Part shown: piece after piece, positions 53,601 through 64,000 of the stretch
How positions within the stretch are numbered: position 1 is the first letter of the stretch
Layout: each line of letters opens with the position of its first letter
Assembly: GCA_000934665.2 (NCBI GenBank)
Contig: JYFJ02001796.1
Span: 1 to 64,000 of the forward strand
DNA from: Catajapyx aquilonaris
Taxonomy: Eukaryota
DNA: 64,000 nucleotides
Direction: 5' to 3'
The notes under the pieces: generated by a model
What the model saw: the letters and a program-made list of their open reading frames with translations, nothing else
Told to the model about the DNA's origin: nothing
Database searches by the model: none
Position numbers and translations under genes: made by a program

Positions 53601-56600
53601 CCTTTAGCATTATACTATGCAGTATTCTTTGTATTATAATGTTGACTATATAGCAACACTTTTTAAAAAAATCAACTGTGGTCATTTTGAAAAAAGTCGC
53701 AACTACACATATATCGATAAGGCAACCAACATAAAGAGGTGACATTACCGCTGTTTTTTTGTTGAAATGACGGCTCAAGACGAACAGCAATAAAATACCA
53801 AATTTAATATTAAACATCTTGTTGCATCCCCACCATATTTACGAGGGAACGAGAAAGAGAAGAAATGGCGAATAAAATTATCGAGCTATTCCGGAAGTCG
53901 TGAATTTTTCAATTTGGGAAGGCGTTTGGTGCCATTTATTATTATGGAATTTCTAGGTAAAGGGAGTAATTTTGAGGAGTAGCAGCGGGGAGGGAGGCTG
54001 TTGATCATGTTCAGGGGACCTAATACAGGAAAGCAAGTTTATGTATGGGGAGGGGGGGGGGGGCACTTCCAGTTGGCGACGTCCCAAAAGTGTCCTAAAA
54101 GGAGTCGAGTTTCTTATCCCGGTGGCCTTCAGAAAAGTGGGACTAGCTGGAATTTGGAAACTGAGACTGGGATAAACGCAGCTCTCAGGACCTATATAGG
54201 CGAAGAGGGAAATTTGTGACAGGAAGGCCAAGGCGTCTTCTTCTTCTGCTGCTGCTGGGACAGGTGCTGGCCTTACTTTTCCTAATAAAATTCATTCAAT
54301 AGCTCAAAGCCCCGCCATATATCATCCTCACAGCTTCTCCCAGATCTCCAAATTGTCTACTGCGCTCCAACTTTCCCCCAGAACTTTGGAAGGGTAAAAA
54401 AAAAGAAGAGAAACGCTGTCTCAGCATTGTTGCAAGAGAGTTTTCCGGTACATCTGTGACCCTGCCCCAAATGAGGTCAGAGCCCCCTCAGGTTATTTGG
54501 GCAGATATGACAGTTGGCCAGGTGTTGCGTCACTCTTAATGAGATGCAATTAGCGAGCCATTGGGAGCGAATGAAGGGGAACCAATCAAAACATGACCAT
54601 GACTTGGCTCTATAATTGTCTCAGTTCCAGGGACGGGGACTGAATTTTAAAAGGCGATTGTTGTGATTGGGCGGGGCTGCATGCTCTCGGTACACCCTAT
54701 AATCATCGGGGTTTTGGGGACCTAGGTGAAAAGCCTCTGATTTCAAAAAGTACGAGGAATATCTGGGCAGTTACAATCTAGACTCATGAACAAGTGAGTG
54801 ATAATTGCGCCTATAAAATTTTAATGTCGGGCCTGAGTGTGACTATTGGGGGAAATTTAAGGCCAGGAAGAAATTAGACTGCTAATGGACCAAGGGGAAA
54901 ATCATGCGGGGAAGTGACACGACAATAAACGCAATTAACATGGTTTAGTCGAGTTTACCTGGTGCAATTATGGCAGTTTTTATGAGGATCTCGGAACATT
55001 TCTCTTTACTATACAGTATTTGCATAAGTATTACAATTTTTTAAACGGATTCATTTTTATTTTTAAAATTGGAATGCAATGGTATCAATAGGCTATATAG
55101 AAATCATCCCCGATTCAGTGTCATGTGGCTCAGGCATCTCGTGATGATAAAGAAACCTGTCAGCACAGGTCACATATTCACAGGACGTGACGCGCACTCT
55201 TTCTTAGGAAGCCCAGCAGGAAGAAGAAGGAAAGGAAAAAAAAAGTTTTATTGACCGATGATGCGGCCTGCAGCGAGAAAGTTGGGAAGGTTCGGCAGGA
55301 GATTGGTGGTGTTTGAAAGGTGGTGGAGCACTCCGGTATTCAAATGGTGTCGAGCACCTATTTTGTCATTCCGGCCCCTGTGACACTTGGGCAGCGGCAT
55401 CACTACTGGGACACAGTTGCCATAGTAACTCGGGTGGTCACCAAGGCGGAAAATGTTTTCAGTACGACTATGGATCGGGACATGCGCTCCTCTTTTTGGT
55501 CTGTGCGTGACGCGTGGTGTGTACTACCGGTAGAATCTAGTAGAACATTTACTATAGAGCCCAGTTAGGGAAACGAGCAGCTGAAGTAGGATCCCGGAAG
55601 GAACCTTCCCCCCAAAAAAAGAGGATGCTGGGACTTTCATGCAAGATAGGAGGAGCAGGAAAATAATCTGAATTCCAGGCGAGCAAAAGGAAGAGGGGGA
55701 ATTGTCTAAAAAGAGTCAGAAAAAAATAGCAAGAGAGAAGTGTTTTGCATGCAAGGCCTGACTTGGAGACACATTTGGATACCCCGCACGTTCTTTAGAT
55801 TCTCGGCTGTCTACGTGAATAATAGTAAAATGCACAATAGACTATCGACTTTGTCGTGGCTCGTGTAATACAAAAAGTGCAAAATGGGAGATTAGGGAAA
55901 GGGTGACTGTATTGAAATTTCTGATGGGGTGGGGGATGGGGGTTTATATACGGGGCAGAACAAGTTTCAGTCCGAAAAGATACGGTCCCTTTTTCGTGCG
56001 ACTTTGCCGGTCCATGGTTAGGTGTCTTAAATCTGCGCACGTTTCACGAAAGTCGGTATTTATGCTTCGGCTTGGAATGATACGCCGGCATAAGTACCAG
56101 GTGCTAAACAATATTAAGCGGATGTGCTGGGATGGGGTAAAAAAAAAAGAGTAATGCAATACCGTAATGAATTTTCGTTGGTGCATCTGATGGAATTTTT
56201 CATTCCTGCACGAGCTCCGAGTTTTTCAAGTCAAAGAAACTGACAGCGCGAGAGACCTTGAAGTTTAGTATTCCGCAGAGGCTGCAGAAATTAATTTGCA
56301 TATTATTGGCTTGTGGCCGCGCGATTAAAATATGTAAGCAAGTGGCAAAGGCTTGGCGTAAGAACCATGAAGTTGTCTAATGTACCTAAATGCAAATTAC
56401 GGTTCGATAATCCTCCCAAGAAGTTGGTTTGCCAATTAGTGACTTTTTGCACGATAATTGCAGATTCAGTTGCAGGAGCAAAATTTTGGGCGTAATGAAG
56501 TACTGAGTGTAAATCGGTGTTGGTTGCAACAAAATTGCATCCCGACAATGTAATCAAGACCACGAATTTTTTCGGGGAGTATGCGGAGTAAAAGATTATT

Positions 56601-56653
56601 GGAATTTTGGGCCCCGTCGTATAAACTTGGCCCTTGGCCGTAGGGGGTTTAGG

Positions 56654-56878
56654 AAATCTTTCGTTGCGGAAAACCAATGTTATCATGCTCACGTCGGTAT
56701 GCGGCAGCCTGAACAATATTCTAATAATAAACCCTAGACGTGATGAAGCCCCCTCCTTCCTGAAACCGGTGCGTTCTCTGCATAGTTCGTCTTCATTACA
56801 GTGGTCAGATATTCTTTTCCTCCAGGCAAAAGACGCACAGCTCCCAATAATTGAACCAATCACTGGGCCCGCCTAATT
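56654..56878 (-). pseudogene. Possible fossil non-LTR retrotransposon reverse transcriptase N-terminal fragment
   Basis: N*AGPVIGSIIG...KRISDHCNEDELCRERTGFRKEGASSRLGFIIRIL...LVFRN is in register with the LINE RT pattern N(Y/W)RxIxLLSxxGK...RI...EQxGFRxxRSxxDxIFxLRxx...FxD. Matched by eye only, and many conserved residues are missing. Confidence 0.25.
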
Positions 56879-59800
56879 CTCTCCCATCTGAAAGCTAGGG
56901 GGCTCTGGAGACTGGCGAATATCATGCATGCTTTTGCCTGCAGGGATTTCGCCAAGGAACCGGGAGGCTGGGATATTGCTGCATGCCGGGCTTAGAACTT
57001 TCTCTTTGGAACTCCCATCCGGCACGAGTTGCCTTCAAACTTGTCACGGTTGCACACTCGAGGAGAATCCGATAACACATCATGTTGGGAGTAATCATAT
57101 TTTTACAAGTTCACGAGCAATTGTTTGTAAATGAAAAACCGGTACCGTGCGCCAGATTTATTGCCCTGGAAGGGTTCAATCCCCGCAATTCATTTGTGGC
57201 CAGAACTATAACCTGTATGCGATTGTTTCATCTATTTTAGGCTGATTTGTGGGTCGAATAGTGTGTGTGTGTGCGAGGAGGAACGGACAGTGGTGATGGC
57301 ATATCCTCACGCAATGTGCACCTTTTTTTATGTGGGATTGCGTTGGAAAGACTTCTTTGGCGTTATGTTAAAGGCCCCAACAGCTCATTGAAACCGTCAA
57401 GTCAATTAGGAGCTCTTAGGTGAGTCGTGCATCACCAGGATCATAAATGCCTTTGCTGGCTCTGGGAATTTTACTTCTCCGGTTACTGCCAGCTTGGGTG
57501 GCACTGGCGCATGTTGAGGAACTCCAGCCCCCTTAGCCTTGTGAATATGGCCTGCATGGCTTGCCAGGAATACGGCCTTTACAATCTCCAACACTCCATT
57601 CCTTATATCTGCTTTATAGCAGTTCTCGCTCCACTTAACACATTCGCACACGTACTTCGAGACTAATTATATCGATAAATAAATGTATGCTTAGTTGGAG
57701 TGTTGCACCGCATCCTGCACGTGGATCCGTCTCAAAGGAGAAGGCTGTCAAAGGACCCTCTCCCTCGAGGGAGAAGATGAGGACTGCATGCAAGCTCATG
57801 TCCAACAAGTGATTGGAGAGTTTCTTCCTCGCCACCAGAGACTCCCCTGTGGCCGCCCCCAGGAAGACACCGAGGGTCCAACTTTGGAAATGAGATTGCT
57901 AACCTTGGAGGCTCTGCTCACACTATATATTCGTACAAGTTTTGGGGTCGGTCCCCGCAGCAGCACGTGCGAGGGGGGGTTTCCAACGTGCAGGCATGTG
58001 TTAATTTCACTCGGTGCACATCTGATGCATCTTTTCCCCCCATTGCCCCATTCGATATAACTGCCTGCCCCTTCCAAGCTGTTGAAATTCCAAGACAATT
58101 TGCCAGCCGTTTGGTGCACGCCCATCCTCACCACTGCGGCCATTAACTCCAGTCCTTGTCCCCCCTCCTTGCTGTGCAATTCACCTCGGGAAGGGAGGGC
58201 ACGGGTAGAAAGAATGAGAAAAATCATCATATCTTCTTTTTCCCTCCTCCTGGTACCGCCTTGCAGGGCTCCAGATGAGAATATAAGAGGCCTTCTCCAA
58301 TAACAATATTGGCACTCCATGATAGATTACAGCGGGCCGTTTGCCTCATCCATTATGGCGCCAGGGAGCATGGTCAATTCGGATCGGTCCAGCCAGCCTC
58401 CCACTCTCCCCATCCTGGTGATCAAGGGAAAAAGTCCCCCTGGGAAGGTGGGGGGATGGAATCCCAAAGAGAAGTGTTTCTTGGTCAGCTGTCCTCGTGT
58501 CAGGAGGGGGGGAGTGGCTGCTGGGGGAAGATTGATAACTACTGGGGGCTCCAGATCATTCTCTGTGTGTATGTTGCCCTCCCTGCAAAACAACGGCCCC
58601 TACTCGGACCCTTGCTGTTTCTATCGTTTTAACTGAGTGTATTAGGGGATTTTTGGGTAATTACGCGTGGAGGACGTGGTCGGAATAATGCTCGTCCATC
58701 AAACGGAGGCTCAATAGCAAGCGAGGTTTTGGGCAAGGATTCCCGGGCGACGGACGCGACGTGGGGATATGTTGCGTCCAACGCTGCTGCATTTCGTTAT
58801 CGCGACTGGCAACGCTTTGTTGCGTGTGTATATATATTGGGGGCGCCATCGCCATGGCGGTTTCAAGGTACGTGAGCAAAATATGCCCCCGCCGTCACAT
58901 CGAGCAGGAAATACGTCTGGAACGATGGGAACACACACTTTTGCCGACTGATTTATCGTATTGCAGCACAACATTAGGCACTGTTGCCATCGACAATGAT
59001 GGTCCATTATTATTTTATGCATATTGTGGCAGTGCAGGCGTGCGGTGCATAAGTTACGTCGTGCGGTAGGGCGCACTTGGCCTATTATTGCCACCAATAT
59101 TTGGTGCGTTCAATTTTGTTGCTCCTGCGGGATCGAATGATTGGAGTTACATATATTTCAGGTGCTACACAACCATCGGGTTTAATATTTGCACAAATGT
59201 TATTTTATGACATTTTAAAAATATACAGGCTATACACCACCAAGGCGCCTTTTTTGACAGGTAGTACCATCAGACTTCAATAAATTATCGCGAGTGAAAT
59301 AATGTCCCATCAGCCTATGAAGTGCTGCCGATCCCTCTTGAGGTTTCTAAGCGTGTGTTGCAAGTTTTTCCCCGGCGGTGCACGTATAAAGTAACTACTT
59401 GAGTGCAGTGTACGTGACAAGCTGGCGTTAAGGGCATCTGTGCGCATTGTAGCTGCACTTCTTGAACGTGAGTTTATTACTCGGCGGGGCCCGGCGCAAA
59501 TAAAATGAAAAGACACGAGTCATTTAATCTAGGGAAAAGGCCGACTTGTTCCGTGTGTTAATGAGACGGTCCCGAGGATTAGGAGCGGTACTTGGATGCA
59601 ACTTTGTTATACTTTTCACTCTTATTGCTCTTAGCGTTAATGTTTGTAGGGCGTTTTGGATTTTGTGGGGCAATTTCATGCGCGAGGCTTAAGCCGTCTT
59701 GAAGGCAGCATTCAAGTGTATGTATACAGGGGAGGGTGCAAGAGCCATTGTGAAGTTGTCCACATGACTTATTGTTGCATGGGAAAGGGGGGAAAAATAT

Positions 59801-60458
59801 ACCGGCATTAACAATCACGACTGCGCTATAAATAATCCGGAGTCCGCTTTTGCGTTTTCCGGTCTGGTTGCCAACTTGCAAAATGCGGGGCCATTTACAT
59901 AGATTAACAAGAGAAGGGTCATAACGAGTGGGCCGGTTATTTGTCCTGCAAGTGTTGGGAGGAACGGTCAGCCTGTTGGACAGGAAGAAAAAGCGCAAAA
60001 CATGCTGACTGGACCGTCTCTTCCTTCCGTTTGCATACTCCATTCCTTGGTGGCGTATATAACTCAAAGAGGGGAAAAAAAGAGACACTTTTTGGGGAGC
60101 TGACTACAGAAAGGCTCTTCGTCCCCCGGCAATGGGAATCGGGGAGAGTAATGGATGGACTTGGCTCACTTTTCCGACAGAGCCAGCCACTTGCCCAACC
60201 CATCGTCGGGGACATGCGCTTGGTCATTCAGTCGTCGGGAGGGAAGAAGAAGAAAGAAGGGGGGGGGGGGAAATAGAAAAGCAGAAAAGAATGGAGTCAT
60301 CAGGGTGGAGCAAGTTCTAGGAGACGAAAAAAAAGTTTTTTGCATTGTAGTGCTAGCAGGATTAGTCCATCAGTTCAATGATTCGGAGTGATGTCTAGGG
60401 GGATCCGAGGAAGTGATGATGTGCCGCAATTCTTGGCAACAAAGTTGTGCTTGTCGCA

Positions 60459-60500
60459 GGGTGGTGGTGGAGGAGGAGGAGGAAGGAAGGAAGGAAGGAA
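60459..60500. repeat. Compound purine-rich simple repeat (GGT)n(GGA)n(GGAA)n
   Basis: Read directly. Confidence 0.85.
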
Positions 60501-63500
60501 AAAATAGGTAATTTTCTCATGTGGGGCTCTAGCTGTTTCAAGTTATAACGAGATTTTTGTAGTTCAGCCGTGCCTACTTTGTCAGGCTTAATCGCAATTT
60601 AAAGTTGCATGCTGCTGCCATCACGTTAAAGTTTTTATTAGCAGCAGGTCTTTTGTGGAATACTTGCGCCGTTATTTTCCCATGATCCAACTAACCTCCA
60701 GCACCGGGGTGGTCTGTGGGTATTGTATTCAAATTAGATTTTGGCAAAAGCTGCCCGGGCAGGGATCAAACGTCGAGCACTGCCTCCAAGCAAATGACTT
60801 ATGACACAATGCGGCACCGGAGCAGGTTATTTAACCGAATCGGACCGTGTCCGGCAAATGTTGACTCGACCTCTCCTTGTGTTAATTCGCCAGCTTCCAG
60901 TTCGTTTACCCGCTCGCCAACACAAGGAGATTGTCTGTCCTCCCCGAGTTTAAATTATGCAATTCAGTTAGGTTATATAAGCTCATCTCAGCGAGACACC
61001 TTCCATTGCATTTGCAATTATCTCCGCATCTAGCTTTGCGCCGGGCTTGAGAAATGAGCCAGCCCATGCCGGCAAGTAGACAGTGTTGTTCATCGCACAA
61101 TTTGCATGCGCCTATTTTATTTTATTTTGCCGAATGCCGATTCGGCGGAACCTACTTGCCAGATATTGCAATGCGGCTGCAGCACAAGAGGAAGGGGGGA
61201 AAAAACATATCTGCTGCGCCTCCAAAACTGGTTATTTCCTCCATTCGCCTGGCCTTTTGCGAGAGCCACCAATACTTTATGGGGGTAATATTTCACCGGG
61301 CGTATGCGCTCAAATTTATGTTAATAGTCTGGTGTACATCTTGGGGGGAGACCGCCTGCTTGTTTCCATCCGGCTCTAATGAAGCCCTTATTCCTTTTCC
61401 ATCCATCCAGCCGATTCCGGGGTAGTGGATCCGGGGGCTCATTGTGAGTGACGTTCAAGTACCTGGACTGGCCTATCGATACTTAAATCCGGCGGTAAAA
61501 CGGAAGTGTAAAGTGGAAATAGCTGAAGGATATGAGGTTTGCAGTAGGCAGGCAGCCACGGGGGGTCCCAGGCTCCGAGACTATATTATTTCAACCATGC
61601 TTTGCTTTGCCAACCCTATATACCCGGACCTATACCCGGGCGTAAACTGGAGAAGATGCGATGCTCAAAATTCTCTCTTCTCCCTAACCCCAGTTTGCAT
61701 TCGAAGGGGGGGCATCGTAAAGCCCAACCCCTCATATTGAAGGGGGGGCGTTATGGAAAACTTTAATGCAAATAACGCCCACTGTGATGAGCTATGATCT
61801 CCAACGACTCAAGATAATTGCATTCTTGCCGGCTGATGTGAGACAGACCTGAGGAGCTGAGGATTGTCATAATATTTATCGTGTGGGGAGGGGGATGGGA
61901 GGGAGGGGGGCTGTGCAGCAGCAGACATGATGATTCTTGGGGGCCTCCGGAACTGCAGCAGCAGCCTCCCTTTTAATTACAAGCCAGAGGAGGAAACTTT
62001 GGCCGTGATGAACACACTTTCTTTCGCTTCATATACCGCACTCGCCGGTGATTAATGCGGCTCATACTTTTGGACCAAACATGGCCGCATCCGCCCAAAC
62101 CCCATCTACCGGTTGGAGTTTAGAAGAGTTGTGAGGTTGAGACTTTTACACATGATTGCATGGAAAAGTAGGCAAAGGACGATCCGAATTATCTTTCTAG
62201 GTAGGCGACCCACTTCATGCCATCAGTGGAGCCCCCAATCTTCTCCAATAAATTAGGTGGAAAATGAGCAAAATCGTCTAGAAATTGCGAGAGCGAGTGT
62301 GTGTGTGTGGTGTGACTGCTGGGCCTGAACCCTCGCAATAAGTGGAGTGTGGCCCTATCTGCACCGCATCTTATCTAGAGTTGTCGCCAAAAAAGGTCCA
62401 TTAGGGGGAGCAGGAGCACTTTTGCAATGACCCACTTGAATTCAGTAAGCTTAAATAATGCTGAAAAAGGGCCTTATCAGCATCATCTGGAAGGGTAGAG
62501 GGCAAATGAGGCCAAACCCAACACGCAGGCCTCATTAAGATGTCAGGCAGTGGGGGTTTGAGTCGCTTCCAATGCTGGTGCCGTATATAGTTTGGCAGCA
62601 GCAAGAGGAGGGATTCCTTCCATCTTGAAATTAGAACAATTACGCGGCTAAATGTGATGAGCAAACCCACCAAGCCTTCTGTCATCTGTGCTACCTCCCG
62701 TAACAAAGCAGGTCTTGTTCCCTGGGACTGAATTTAATATCGACCTTTGCAACCGCCGCCCTACTTCGCAATGGCTCCACTTGACGGTCGCTTTTGCCAG
62801 GAATGTGTTTGCCTATTAACTTCATCGTAAAGGGGAGGGGCCCTTAAAAAGAAACGGACCATTAAGCGCCTTTTGGCCAAACAACGCGAATTACTTCATA
62901 ATTACTGTCCACAGTATAAACCAACAAGCGTATAAAAAAAATTGCACCGGAGCAGGCCTTTCGATTAAATATGAGTTATAAATCTTCGATACGAGCCACA
63001 GTTCCCAATTAACGGTTCTCACTCGCATAATGGCATAGCCTCATTATTTCAAGATGTTTATGATGCCTAGGAAGCCGATAAAACCCCTGCCGGTTATAAA
63101 TATTCGGGGCCATAGGCGACGTGCTGTGTGTTGGCCCACACAACAGTATCTTGCAGCTTCATGAGCGTGTTAGTCACCAAATGGGACAATGTGAACAAAT
63201 GCGAGTCTAGCCTAGTGTAAATCGCGGTTATTTAAGATATCATCTGGCGCATTCAGCGCTCGGGACACTAATGTCTCTTTCGGATAAAACCGAACGCATG
63301 CTCGGTTCATATGCTGTGTGCACTGTGTATATTTTTTCCCCTGGCTCTCTCTAATCTGCCCAAGTGCTGCTCAAAACCGCTCTTTCCCATTCCCGAAATT
63401 GGCCCAAGAGCCCGGGATGCAATGCTGAGAAGCTGCTGCATTTAAATATCGATGCTCCAGCCGGCATATTAATCGGGCCCAAAGACCTTGCAAACATTAG

Positions 63501-64000
63501 GCCCAGCATCTGATTTCCCTAATTGTCATTTAATCACGTCTTCATGGGACGGGATTATAGCAAATGAGTATTGATGTCGCTAACAAATAAACTCATTTCG
63601 AGGGACCGCAAATCCAGGGGATCAGTACAGGCGGGGGGAGAATATGGGCATGTTTTTCCACAGTTGATTGGTCGGTTAGTTAGCCAGGGGTGTAGGTAGT
63701 AGAGAGTAGGAAAAAGATGGAGCCGAGTTAACAAGAAAACCCGTCCAAACAACGTTGGGTCAACGTTCGTGCCGAGCCAAACCACGCTGACAGGCAAAAG
63801 TCAGCAGCCAAAAAGCGCTATTAAAGAGGGAAAATTATTCCCCCCCTCCTCTGATAATTGACTTTTGGCACAGGTGAGGTAGGAACCAGCTCATCCTTCA
63901 CTCAACAGGGGGCGGCAGCGGGTGAAATCACGATTCCCAAGCCCTACATGCGCTGGCTTAAAAAAAACCTGCGTGATGAGCATGGTGATCACGACCGGTG

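Noticed and set aside
57172..57184. gggttcaatcccc, resembling a tRNA T-loop / Pol III B-box
   Set aside because: There is no A-box or cloverleaf upstream, so neither a tRNA nor a SINE is supported.
57406..58320. Cluster of overlapping 80-170 aa ORFs with coding-like composition
   Set aside because: I recognised no domain, no frame clearly dominates, and there are no convincing splice boundaries.
59440..59461. gcgcattgtagctgcac, resembling miR-33
   Set aside because: The seed is mismatched and I see no convincing precursor hairpin.

Overview
This window looks like eukaryotic (animal, probably invertebrate) non-coding DNA, either a very large intron or an intergenic gene desert. It does not look prokaryotic or viral. 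No supplied ORF gives a recognisable intact protein; the longest (251 aa) is low-complexity, and I found no rRNA, tRNA or CRISPR array. The sequence alternates between GC-richer blocks (purine tracts, G-runs, many TAAT/TGACA motifs) and AT-rich islands that hold decayed DNA-transposon ends. Best-supported features: two MITE-like elements with paired inverted repeats (18752-19036, 27816-28019), a pogo/Tigger-like end (~50630-50669), a 71-bp near-perfect palindrome (8045-8115), a 90-bp-period duplication (17108-17251) and several microsatellites. Weaker leads: two ORF segments that fall in register with transposon protein motifs (pogo DDE transposase at 21251-21430, LINE reverse transcriptase at 56654-56878), candidate enhancer or Polycomb-element motif clusters, and two possible small exons. 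I could not support a novel biological system here. All alignments and counts were done by eye, and family consensus sequences are from memory.
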